Of a stretch of DNA of 64,000 nt, positions 9,182 to 18,615 are shown in pieces. Source of the DNA: Bacteroidota bacterium (GTDB lineage Bacteria; Bacteroidota; Bacteroidia; Bacteroidales; GCA-2711565); assembly GCA_003353955.1 (NCBI GenBank), contig PIVJ01000001.1:16728-80727 (forward strand). Direction: 5' to 3'. The notes beneath the pieces are model-generated. The model saw only the letters and a list, made by a program, of their open reading frames with translations, ran no database searches and was not told where the DNA came from. The position numbers and the translations under genes were made by a program. Position 1 is the first letter of the stretch, and the number at the start of each line of letters is the position of its first letter.

Positions 9182-11284
9182 TTATTTCAATCCGTTTTTT
9201 TCGAGTAATGCGTCAACAGTTGGTTCTTGTCCCCTGAAATTAACATACAATTCCATGGGATGCCGGGTGCCACCTTTTTCAAGAATGTTTTTACGGAAAG
9301 AAGTGGCGGTAGCCTTATCTAAAATACCGTTTTTCTTAAAAACAGAAAATGCATCTGCTTCTAATACTTCAGCCCATTTATAGCTGTAATAACCAGATGC
9401 ATATCCACCCGCAAAAATGTGTGAAAAAGCAGTACTTGTTGCAGCGCCTTCAACCAATGGAAATAACTCGGTTGACTGCATGGCTTTCTTTTCATAATCG
9501 GCGACAGATTCAGTAATGTCAGTGGTAATCGTATGCCAGGCCATATCATTCATGCCTAAACTCAGTTGTCGATCGCTTGAATAACCGGCTAAGAAATTTT
9601 TTGAAGCGATCATCTTTTGTAAAAGTTTGGTCGGTATGGCTTCCCCTGTTTCGTAATGCTCAACAAATTGATCCAGCCATTCCTTTTCGGTAGCCCAGTT
9701 TTCCATAATTTGAGATGGAAGCTCTACGAAATCCCAATAGACGCTTGTACCAGATAAGCTTGGATAAACAGTATTGGCCATCATCCCGTGCAGGGCATGT
9801 CCAAACTCATGTAAAAAAGTTGTAACTTCGTTAAAGTTTAATAATGAAGGCTTGGTTTCCGTGGGTTTGGTGAAATTACAAACCACAGTTATAATGGGTC
9901 TGATCGAATTTCCGTTGATATTACTTTGGGGTCGGTAATCACCGCTCCAGGCACCACCGCGTTTTCCGTCTCTCGGAAAAAAATCAAGATACAACACAGC
10001 AAGGAATTCACCATTTTCATCAAATACATCAAAAGCATTAACATCGGGATGATAAACCTGAATGGCTTTGTTTTCTTTATAGGTAAGACCGAATAATTGA
10101 TTGGTTAAACTAAAGATTCCTTCCTGTACTTTTTCAAGCTGAAAATAGGGGCGAATTTCCTCTTCGTTGAATCCATATTTTTTAGCCTTCAATTTTTCGC
10201 TATAATAAGCCCAGTCCCATCTTTCTAATGTTCCCTCAAAACCTTCTTTTCGGGCAATGGATTCCACCTCTTTAAATTCCTTTTTGGCAAAGGGGCGCGA
10301 AGCATTATGAAGGTCTTCGATAAACGCATTTACTTTTTCGGGGGTCTGTGCCATACGTTCTTCCAACACATATTCGGCATAATTGTCAAAGCCTAATAAT
10401 CGAGCCATATCTAAACGCAGAGAAACAATTTTTTTAATGTTCTCTTCATTGTTAAACGCATTGTCTTTATGCGCCCTGCTTGCACTGGCCATATAGATCT
10501 CCTGACGCAATTCCCGGTTATCAGCATACTTCAAAAAAGGGTAAAAACTTGGAAATTGTAAGTTAAACATCCAGCCTTCTTTTTCTTTCGATTTCGCAAA
10601 TTGAGCAGCAGCCTCAATTACACCATCAGGTAATCCTGCCAACTCTTTTTCATCTGTAATGTGAAGCGTATAGGCATTGGTTTCAGCTAATACATTTTCG
10701 CCAAATTGCAATGTGAGTTTTGCCAATTCAGTACTGATTTTTGCATACTTAATTTTGTCGTCTCCTTCGAGGTTTGCACCACTTCGCACAAATCCTTTAT
10801 AAGTATTTTCGAGTAAATAGGCTTGTTCCGGATTTAATCCGAGTTTATCTTTTTTGGCAAACAACACTTTTACCCGTTTAAACAATGCCTCGTTTAAAGA
10901 AACATAATTTGAAAACTCAGTTATTTTGGGCGAAGCATCACGCGCAACAGCTTGTAGTTCATCATTTGTTTCAGCCCCATTTAAGTTATACATCACACTG
11001 GCAATACGACTAAGTTTGTTACCGGATAATTCAAGGGCTACAATGGTATTTTCAAAAGTTGGAACATTTTTATTATTTACAATAGCATCGATTTCAGCCC
11101 TGGCATTTTCGATGGAAATATCAATGGCAGGTAAAAAGTGTTCCACCTTTATAGTATTAAAGGGTGCAGTTTGATGTGGCGTGTTCCATTTGGACAGTAA
11201 AGGATTCGAATTCATATTATCATTTGTTTTACAAGTGGTTGTTATTAGAATTAGAAACAGGCTGGAGATTAGTAATTTTTTCAT
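9182..11284 (-). CDS. dcp: Peptidyl-dipeptidase Dcp / M3-family zinc metallopeptidase, exported
   Basis: 700 aa with N-terminal signal/lipobox-like sequence. HEFGHALH zinc motif and overall M3 layout. Confidence 0.85.
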   Translation of the reverse strand: MKKLLISSLFLILITTTCKTNDNMNSNPLLSKWNTPHQTAPFNTIKVEHFLPAIDISIENARAEIDAIVNNKNVPTFENTIVALELSGNKLSRIASVMYNLNGAETNDELQAVARDASPKITEFSNYVSLNEALFKRVKVLFAKKDKLGLNPEQAYLLENTYKGFVRSGANLEGDDKIKYAKISTELAKLTLQFGENVLAETNAYTLHITDEKELAGLPDGVIEAAAQFAKSKEKEGWMFNLQFPSFYPFLKYADNRELRQEIYMASASRAHKDNAFNNEENIKKIVSLRLDMARLLGFDNYAEYVLEERMAQTPEKVNAFIEDLHNASRPFAKKEFKEVESIARKEGFEGTLERWDWAYYSEKLKAKKYGFNEEEIRPYFQLEKVQEGIFSLTNQLFGLTYKENKAIQVYHPDVNAFDVFDENGEFLAVLYLDFFPRDGKRGGAWSGDYRPQSNINGNSIRPIITVVCNFTKPTETKPSLLNFNEVTTFLHEFGHALHGMMANTVYPSLSGTSVYWDFVELPSQIMENWATEKEWLDQFVEHYETGEAIPTKLLQKMIASKNFLAGYSSDRQLSLGMNDMAWHTITTDITESVADYEKKAMQSTELFPLVEGAATSTAFSHIFAGGYASGYYSYKWAEVLEADAFSVFKKNGILDKATATSFRKNILEKGGTRHPMELYVNFRGQEPTVDALLEKNGLK

Positions 11285-11413
11285 TGAATAGTATTTTTTA
11301 GATTAAAAAAAAATCAACATACAAAATAACGAATAATATTGTTCTTGCGTTGATTAAATAGGAGATAAATTTCATGTTGACGGAATATGTACTTTTGCAA
11401 TAAATATTATTTG

Positions 11414-12661
11414 ATGAAGGCTGATCATATTGAAATAATGGCTCCTGTTGGTTCTTACGAATCTTTAACTGCAGCATTGCAGGCAGGTGCAGATGCTGTA
11501 TATTTTGGAATAGAACAATTAAATATGCGATCTAAGTCTTCCAATAATTTTACACTGGACGATTTAAAAACCATCGCTGGTATTTGTAAAAAGAACAAGG
11601 TTCGAACTTATATCACCCTTAATACCGTTATTTATGATGATGAGCTAACCTTAATGAAATCAATTGTAAACGCAGCTAAAGAAAATGAAATATCTGCTGT
11701 AATTGCCTCAGATCAAAGTGTGATTCAATATGCAAACTCGGTGGGAGTAGAAGTACATATGTCGACCCAAACAAATATTACCAATATTGAAGCTATAAAA
11801 TATTATTCGCAATTTGCGGATGTGATGGTTACGGCACGCGAACTGAATTTAAAACAAGTCAAAGCCATTGCAGATACGATAAAAAAAGAAAAGATTGTTG
11901 GCCCGTCCGGAGCATTGGTGCAAATTGAAATTTTTGTTCATGGAGCCTTGTGTATGGCTGTTTCGGGCAAATGCTATCTAAGCCTCGATAATATGAATTC
12001 ATCCGCCAATCGTGGGGCTTGTTTGCAGCAATGCCGAAGGCCTTATAAGGTAACTGATACAGACGGCGGCATTGAGTTGGAAGTGGATAATGAATATATC
12101 ATGTCGCCAAAGGACTTGAATACCATTGGCTTTTTAGACGTGATTTTGAAAGCCGGAGTCAGGGTGTTAAAGATTGAAGGTCGTGGCCGTTCACCTGAAT
12201 ATGTGAAAACCCTGGTTGAATGTTATCGGGAAGCAGTGAATGCTTATTGCGATGGCTCCTACACTAAAGATAAGATTGATGAATGGAATAAGAAACTTAG
12301 TTCTGTTTACAATCGGGGATTTTGGGATGGTTATTATTTAGGCAGGAAAACGGGTGAGTGGACTGAAAGATACGGTTCACAAGCTACTAAAAGAAAGGTG
12401 TATATTGGAAAAATCACCAATTATTTTTCTAAACTTGGAGTTGCTGAGGTTAAAATCGAAACCCATAATTTAGTGATTGGAGAGGAAATCAAAATTATTG
12501 GCCCAACTACCGGAGTTTATGAGGATATTATTTTAGAAATTAGAGTTGATTTAAAAAGTGTTGAAAAAACCATTAAGGGCGAATTGTGTTCCATCCCCGT
12601 TAAAAGCCTGGTTCGCCGACAGGATAAATTGTATAAAATAATTGGTATTGAGGATGAATAG
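11414..12661 (+). CDS. Peptidase U32 family protein (YhbU/TrhP/UbiU-like)
   Basis: ORF track gives 11387. The ATG at 11414 (MKADHIEIMAPVGSYESL...) fits the usual U32 N-terminus. Contains the E-x-F-x-H-G-A-x-C motif (EIFVHGALCMAVSGKC). Confidence 0.8.
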   Translation: MKADHIEIMAPVGSYESLTAALQAGADAVYFGIEQLNMRSKSSNNFTLDDLKTIAGICKKNKVRTYITLNTVIYDDELTLMKSIVNAAKENEISAVIASDQSVIQYANSVGVEVHMSTQTNITNIEAIKYYSQFADVMVTARELNLKQVKAIADTIKKEKIVGPSGALVQIEIFVHGALCMAVSGKCYLSLDNMNSSANRGACLQQCRRPYKVTDTDGGIELEVDNEYIMSPKDLNTIGFLDVILKAGVRVLKIEGRGRSPEYVKTLVECYREAVNAYCDGSYTKDKIDEWNKKLSSVYNRGFWDGYYLGRKTGEWTERYGSQATKRKVYIGKITNYFSKLGVAEVKIETHNLVIGEEIKIIGPTTGVYEDIILEIRVDLKSVEKTIKGELCSIPVKSLVRRQDKLYKIIGIEDE

Positions 12662-12672
12662 ATTTACTGCCC

Positions 12673-13515
12673 ATGAAATTATTTAACCTACACACCCACA
12701 CTCATTTTTGTGATGGTAAAGCCAAACCCTTAGCATTTGTTAAAGAAGCCTTGAAACAAGGTTTTGATACCCTGGGGTTTTCGGGGCATGCACCCCTTCC
12801 TTTTGAGAATAAAATTGCAATCGTTCCGGAAGACTTACCTTCTTACATAAAAGAAATTAGGAGGCTGAAGGAATACTACCATGATCAAATTAATATTCCA
12901 CTCGCTTTAGAATTCGATTTTATCCCTGGCATATCTACCGATTTTCAGCAAGTTTCTCAGGAAAACAAATTGGATTATACCATTGGGTCCATACATCTGA
13001 TTGGAGATGATACGAGTGAACATCTTTGGTTTATTGACGGGGAAAATCCGGAACCCTATGAACAGGGATTGCAAACAAATTTCCATAACAATATTCGAAA
13101 GGCAGTTACCGCCTATTTTAACCAGCTAAATACCATGATTGAATCTCAGGCTCCGGATATTATTGGTCATCTTGACAAAGTAAAAATGCACAACAGATCA
13201 CGCTTCTTCAAAGAAGATGAACCTTGGTTTCAGCAGCATATCGATGAAACCTTGAAACTAATAAAAGAGAAAGGAAGCATCATCGAGGTCAACACAAGGG
13301 GGTTGTATAAAAAACGATCAGATTCATTATTTCCCGGCGTGTCTACGTTAAAAAAAATAAAGGCGCTGAATATTCCAATTACAATCAGCACAGATGCACA
13401 TAAACCCGAAGAACTATCATTGCTCATTCCGGAAACTCAATCCCTTGTCAGGGAGTTGGGATTTAGTCAGCTGATGAATTTTAATAATGGCTGGGAAGAA
13501 ATTTCGCTTAGCTAA
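12673..13515 (+). CDS. HisJ-family histidinol-phosphatase (PHP domain)
   Basis: 280 aa. N-terminal HTHTHFCDG metal-binding motif, GFSGHAP, and C-terminal STDAH. Confidence 0.75.
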   Translation: MKLFNLHTHTHFCDGKAKPLAFVKEALKQGFDTLGFSGHAPLPFENKIAIVPEDLPSYIKEIRRLKEYYHDQINIPLALEFDFIPGISTDFQQVSQENKLDYTIGSIHLIGDDTSEHLWFIDGENPEPYEQGLQTNFHNNIRKAVTAYFNQLNTMIESQAPDIIGHLDKVKMHNRSRFFKEDEPWFQQHIDETLKLIKEKGSIIEVNTRGLYKKRSDSLFPGVSTLKKIKALNIPITISTDAHKPEELSLLIPETQSLVRELGFSQLMNFNNGWEEISLS

Positions 13516-13693
13516 TATCTTGAGATTCTATTAAACGATGTTCAATCTTTACCTCAAAGAAACCATCACCCTTGATGACAAATCCATTTCTTTTATAGAA
13601 ATCAATCGTATTAATTTGGGTGTGTAAATATATTGGTTTTATTATATTTTTATCTTGTGATAATCTGAAAATAGATTGGATTAAAATCTCCAT
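13508..13693 (-). pseudogene. C-terminal relic of a GNAT acetyltransferase
   Basis: The 61-aa ORF ends ...INTIDFYKRNGFVIKGDGFFEV..., the GNAT beta6-alpha4 'FY-x-x-x-GF' C-terminus. No N-terminal two-thirds in any frame upstream (13694-13941 has stops in all frames). Confidence 0.4.
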
Positions 13694-13941
13694 TACGTTG
13701 AATTATTTGCGGAATGAGATAAAAACAAAAGGACTTTAAATTTCAGTTACTGTTCTAATCAAAAATGGGATCACTCACATGTGATTGATATTTTTATTAA
13801 CAACTCTGTTGCGGAATCAAGGTTATAATAAATTATCAGGATTCGATACACATGTGTAAAATCTGGTTATTGGAAAGCAATTGAAGAACTTGAAGAAATC
13901 TTGTCTAGCCAATCACATTGCCAATTAATTTAGGCTAACAC

Positions 13942-15171
13942 TTATTTATCCACGCGGAATAACAAGCAAGAATCGCCATAACTCAGGAAACGAAAATCAT
14001 TGGCCAGTGCATAGTCATAAATAGCCTTCCAGGAATCCCCCAGATAAGCTGCTATTAACAATAGTAATGTGCTTTTTGGTTGATGGAAATTTGTAATGAT
14101 GGTATTGACAATTTTAAAAGAATATCCCGGAATAATCATTAATTGGGTTGCTCCCGATAGCGTTGAGATTTCCTGCTTATCCATTAGATTTAAAATTGCC
14201 TGCATCGAATTCTGAACTGAGATTCTGCAATTATACACAGGCTGATATGGATCCCATTGACGAATTTGGAAGTCATCCGTTTTATCAACAATAATTTTTA
14301 CGCCGAACCAATATAAGCTTTCCAGCGTTCGAATGGTTGTTGTACCCACAGCTACAAGCTCTTCATATTCTTTGTTTAAAAGCTGCTGAATACTTTCCCT
14401 TTTAATAATCACTTTCTCAGTATGCATAATGTGTTGAGCGACATCTTCTGTACTAACCGGCACGAAGGTTCCGGCACCCACATGCAGGCTTAAAAAGTCA
14501 AATGTTATATTTTTCTTCTTCAAATTTTCAAATACCTGATCGGTGAAATGCAGACCTGCTGTTGGAGCAGCAACTGAGCCCTCATATTGCGCATAGATCG
14601 TCTGATAATTTTCTTTGTCATCATCAACCGCTTCTCTCGCCAGGTAAGGAGGTAATGGAACCAGGCCGACATACTCCAATACTTCAGCGAATGTTATTTG
14701 TGGAGGATCCCATGATAGTTCTACTAAATGCGCATTTTCAACAGCTCCAACCTTTTCAGCATATAAAATGAAAGGAGTATCAGCATTTCTTGCATCCATG
14801 AATAGTTTGCCAGTTTTCCATTTTTTTGCATTACCTATAAAACATTTCCAGACCACTGAGTTGCATAGTTGAAGAGCACTTGGAATTTCCGTTGTCGGGC
14901 TATGAGGCTCTAAACAGAATATCTCTATTTTGGCTCCCGTTTCTTTTTGCATTAGAATTCTGGCCTGAATTACTTTTGTTTCATTAAAAATTAATATGCT
15001 GTTTTGGGGAAGGTATTTATGGATATTTTTAAAACTGTCTTTATTAATTCCCTGATCATTACGCACCAATAATTTTGACAAATCGCGTTGCTCAACCGGG
15101 TATTTTGCGATTCGCTCGTCAGGCAATGGGTAATTATAATCTTGTATGTTTAGTTTTCCGGTATTAATCAT
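13942..15171 (-). CDS. queA: S-adenosylmethionine:tRNA ribosyltransferase-isomerase
   Basis: 409 aa. DYNYPLPDERIAKYP N-terminus, TAGLHFT and NFHQPKSTLLLL motifs. Confidence 0.85.
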   Translation of the reverse strand: MINTGKLNIQDYNYPLPDERIAKYPVEQRDLSKLLVRNDQGINKDSFKNIHKYLPQNSILIFNETKVIQARILMQKETGAKIEIFCLEPHSPTTEIPSALQLCNSVVWKCFIGNAKKWKTGKLFMDARNADTPFILYAEKVGAVENAHLVELSWDPPQITFAEVLEYVGLVPLPPYLAREAVDDDKENYQTIYAQYEGSVAAPTAGLHFTDQVFENLKKKNITFDFLSLHVGAGTFVPVSTEDVAQHIMHTEKVIIKRESIQQLLNKEYEELVAVGTTTIRTLESLYWFGVKIIVDKTDDFQIRQWDPYQPVYNCRISVQNSMQAILNLMDKQEISTLSGATQLMIIPGYSFKIVNTIITNFHQPKSTLLLLIAAYLGDSWKAIYDYALANDFRFLSYGDSCLLFRVDK

Positions 15172-15469
15172 TTCAGTATTAGAAAATACAAAAGTACGAT
15201 AAGCCTAATTATCGGCAAAAGAAATCTACGATTGAATAGCCCTTTTCAATATAATTCTTCAAATCAGAAATAACGAATTTAGTTATTGGTTAAAAAAGAT
15301 AGTTAAGATAATAAATGATCCTAATTGTTTTGTATTTTTGATTGCTATAATATAAATACAAGAACGGGGACTCACAGCGTACCACCAAATTAAAATGTCA
15401 AGAGTGGCTTTTGATATTCTGTATTTCGATAAAACGACGACCTTAAACAAGTTGGATAAAACGTAACTC

Positions 15470-16180
15470 ATGAAAAAGAACATTCCTAATTTTATTACAC
15501 TACTCAACCTTCTTTCAGGGGTCTTCTCAATTATTGCTGTCGTTTCAAGTCATTTAGACTGGGCGGTTTTTTTTATCGTAATTGCGGCGATATTTGATTT
15601 TCTGGATGGTACTTTTGGACGTTTACTAAATGCACAAAGCGAGTTTGGAAAACAATTAGATTCGCTGGCTGATTTGGTATCCTTTGGGCTGGCTCCGGGA
15701 TTTATTATGTTTGCATTAATTGATGTGAGTGAACCATTACCTAATATCACAATTGCCGAATTTAATATCGTCTCATCAATCGCATTTCTCATCCCGTTGT
15801 TTTCAGCATGGCGTTTGGCAAAATTTAATATTGATACCAGACAAACTGAAAATTTTATCGGGCTACCTACTCCGGCAAGTGCACTTTTGATAAGTTCAAT
15901 TGTTTTAATTAATTTACAGATTTTCAGCAATAATAACTTTTTTCAGCAAATTACTACCAACACTTGGTTCTTACTGATTATTGTTGTTATTATTTGCCTG
16001 TGGCAAGTTGCCGAAACTCCATTGATTTCCTTAAAATTTAATCGCTTAAATTGGAGAGATAATCAGGCAAGATATCTCTTATTAATCATCTCAATAATCT
16101 TAATAATAGTGCTTCAGGTAATTGCAATTCCATTGATAATGATTGCTTACCTAATCTTATCAAAAATTTATTTAAAATGA
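15470..16180 (+). CDS. pssA: CDP-diacylglycerol--serine O-phosphatidyltransferase
   Basis: 236 aa, multi-TM. CDP-alcohol phosphatidyltransferase motif DFLDGTFGR...G..LDSLADLVSFG. Ends in TGA. Confidence 0.8.
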   Translation: MKKNIPNFITLLNLLSGVFSIIAVVSSHLDWAVFFIVIAAIFDFLDGTFGRLLNAQSEFGKQLDSLADLVSFGLAPGFIMFALIDVSEPLPNITIAEFNIVSSIAFLIPLFSAWRLAKFNIDTRQTENFIGLPTPASALLISSIVLINLQIFSNNNFFQQITTNTWFLLIIVVIICLWQVAETPLISLKFNRLNWRDNQARYLLLIISIILIIVLQVIAIPLIMIAYLILSKIYLK

Positions 16181-16182
16181 AA

Positions 16183-16302
16183 CTCCCCGCCGCAAGCGGA
16201 CGGGCTATCATGATGGATGCTATTTTCTTTCGCTCCAAGGGGCGGGGAATATCACTTCGTCTAATTAATTTTGTTTCACAAAATCAAAGTCTCACTGATT
16301 TA
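16183..16302 (+). repeat. GC-rich structured repeat, copy B
   Basis: ctccccgccgcaagcggacgggctatcatgatggatgc...cgctccaaggggcggggaatatcacttcgtctaattaattttgtttcacaaaatcaaagtctcactgattta. Fills the gap between the convergent pssA and lptB stops. Confidence 0.8.
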
Positions 16303-16315
16303 AAGAAAGAATCCG

Positions 16316-17041
16316 CTATCTTCTGAGTTCAAAATTTTCACCCAAATAGATTTTTCTCACTTGCTCATCTTCTGCTAATTCTGTTGATGTACCATCTTTC
16401 AGCACAGATCCTTCAAATAAGAGATAAGAGCGATCGGTGATACTTAAGGTTTCATGAACATTATGATCTGTAATCAAAACACCAATATTTTTTTCTTTTA
16501 GTTTTGATACGATCAATTGTATGTCTTCAACAGCGATCGGATCAACTCCGGCGAAAGGCTCATCAAGTAAAACAAATTTGGGGTCAGCGGCTAATGCTCT
16601 GGCAATTTCAGTTCTTCGACGCTCTCCTCCTGACAACGTGATGCCCATACTTTTTCGAATATAAGAAAGGCCGAATTCTTCAAGCAATAATTCTAATCGT
16701 TCTCTTTGCTCTTCTTTTGTGAATTTCGAAAATTCAAGTACGGCTCTTAAATTATCTTCAACTGATAAGTGCCTGAAAACTGAGGCTTCTTGTGCCAAAT
16801 AACCGACTCCCATCTGAGCACGGCGATACATTGGTTCGGTAGTTATTTCTGTATTCTCTAAAAACACCTTGCCCGATAGTGGTTTAATCAAACCAACAAT
16901 CATGTAAAAAGAAGTTGTTTTGCCTGCACCATTTGGGCCTAACAATCCAACGATCTCACCTTGTTCAACTTTTATCGAAACCTCGTTAACAACAGTTCGA
17001 CTACGATATTTCTTAACTATTTTTTCTGTATGGAGAATCAT
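16316..17041 (-). CDS. lptB: LPS export ABC transporter ATP-binding protein
   Basis: 241 aa. Walker A GPNGAGKTT, signature LSGGERRR, Walker B LLDEPFAGVDP. LptB-type length and C-terminus. Confidence 0.9.
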   Translation of the reverse strand: MILHTEKIVKKYRSRTVVNEVSIKVEQGEIVGLLGPNGAGKTTSFYMIVGLIKPLSGKVFLENTEITTEPMYRRAQMGVGYLAQEASVFRHLSVEDNLRAVLEFSKFTKEEQRERLELLLEEFGLSYIRKSMGITLSGGERRRTEIARALAADPKFVLLDEPFAGVDPIAVEDIQLIVSKLKEKNIGVLITDHNVHETLSITDRSYLLFEGSVLKDGTSTELAEDEQVRKIYLGENFELRR

Positions 17042-17076
17042 GTCCTGAATTTAGTATTCAAAAATAAGTATATATT

Positions 17077-17367
17077 TTAAAAGACGAACTGGAATGAAAA
17101 GAATATTCCAAAATTATGTATGTTCTCATGGTCAAGATGGGGTAATCTCCAAATGGCGTCCACTCGCAATATTTTAAAGATGTTTTCAATCCCCACGCCA
17201 GTCTCCCAATAGGGCATTTCTAAGGTAAATGCTGTTGAAAGAAAAGTGGGATAGGATTTGTTTTCTTCATTTATCTTTCCCATAATCTTAGTCACCTGTG
17301 TAAAAGTTTCTGTTGAAAAGCTCAATAATCCAAAGATACAAATGGCGATATAAAGCCTTCTTTTCAT
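17077..17367 (-). CDS. 96-aa exported mini-protein, possibly an internally deleted outer-membrane protein gene
   Basis: Signal peptide, then TKIMGKINEENKSYP (looks like the start of a CarboxypepD_reg domain). This joins directly to a C-terminal beta-barrel-like tail GVGIENIFKILRVDAIWRL...FSFQFVF. Confidence 0.35.
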   Translation of the reverse strand: MKRRLYIAICIFGLLSFSTETFTQVTKIMGKINEENKSYPTFLSTAFTLEMPYWETGVGIENIFKILRVDAIWRLPHLDHENIHNFGIFFSFQFVF

Positions 17368-17467
17368 TCAATAATAATTAAGGACTAATATAATTTTAAG
17401 AGTAAGACAGGTAAGTTACAATTGATTTATTTCATCCACTCATTTCCTAAATAATCAAATGAATACA

Positions 17468-18433
17468 CTATAAAATACCCTCTTTAAGAATATCGTGCAA
17501 ATGTATAATCCCTTTGTATTTGTTGTTTTCAACTACAGGTAATTGGGTAATGTTTTTCAGTCGCATTAAATCCAATGCATCAATAACCATACTGTCTTCA
17601 TTAACGCTTTGAGGGTTAATAGTCATCACCTCCTTTGCCGTTACAGAATCAATGTCTTTGGAGTCACAAAGCATCCGCCTTAAATCACCATCTGTGATGA
17701 TTCCAATTAATTGAGTACTCTCAACAACAGCCGTTGCTCCAAGGCGCTTTGAAGAAATTTCAATGATTACTTCTTTAATACTTACGTTTGGGTGAACTTC
17801 AGGTTTTTCATTATTAATATAAAGATCGGAAACTCTCAGATAGAGTTTCTTTCCCAATGCACCGCCCGGATGATATTTCGCAAAATCAGTGGCAGTAAAT
17901 CCTCTTACTTCCAGTAAACATACCGCCAATGCATCTCCCATTACCAACTGAGCAGTTGTACTTGATGTTGGAGCCAGATTATTAGGGCAAGCTTCTTTTT
18001 GAACATGAGTATCCAAAACCAGATCAGACTTCTTTGCCAGGTAAGAATCAGTATTACCCACCATTGCAATTAAAACATTGCTCATATTTTTCAATAAAGG
18101 CACCAAAATTTTTATCTCCGGTGTTTCCCCACTTTTGGAGATACAGATCACAATATCATCAGTTCTCACAATTCCGAGATCACCATGAATTGCATCAGCA
18201 GCATGCATGAAAATTGATGGTGTACCTGTCGAATTAAAGGTCGATACTATCTTTTTTGCAATGTTCGCACTTTTTCCAATTCCTGTTAAAATTACTCTTC
18301 CAAGCCCGTTATGAATCATCTTAACACTATCTACAAAATCATCATTTATTGATTTCTTCAGATTACTGATTGCCTGTGTTTCAGTGTTAATAGTGCTGAT
18401 CGCAATTTCCCTGATTTCTGTATTTGTTTTCAA
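17468..18433 (-). CDS. kdsD: Arabinose-5-phosphate isomerase (KdsD/KpsF; SIS + tandem CBS)
   Basis: 321 aa. SIS motif GIGKSANIAKK...ISKSGET followed by two CBS repeats. Confidence 0.85.
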   Translation of the reverse strand: MKTNTEIREIAISTINTETQAISNLKKSINDDFVDSVKMIHNGLGRVILTGIGKSANIAKKIVSTFNSTGTPSIFMHAADAIHGDLGIVRTDDIVICISKSGETPEIKILVPLLKNMSNVLIAMVGNTDSYLAKKSDLVLDTHVQKEACPNNLAPTSSTTAQLVMGDALAVCLLEVRGFTATDFAKYHPGGALGKKLYLRVSDLYINNEKPEVHPNVSIKEVIIEISSKRLGATAVVESTQLIGIITDGDLRRMLCDSKDIDSVTAKEVMTINPQSVNEDSMVIDALDLMRLKNITQLPVVENNKYKGIIHLHDILKEGIL

Positions 18434-18615
18434 TCTTATATTGTTTTTTTTAAGAAAAAGACTTTTTTTTATGTTATATTTGTAATAAGTGTGACTTTTT
18501 TCGCAATCTACGCTATTCTAATAATTAACAAGTTCTTTGTTTATTTTTATAATGATTGTCAATTATTTTCAAATAAAGTTACAAATATAATGCAAACTAA
18601 GAATGCTTTGGTACA

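Noticed and set aside
15283-15507. 74-aa ORF in the queA-pssA divergent promoter region, and the similar ORF 26017..26208 upstream of aspS.
   Set aside because: They lie in AT-rich promoter DNA and overlap start regions of real genes. Their sequence is hydrophobic and low-complexity, with no motif.
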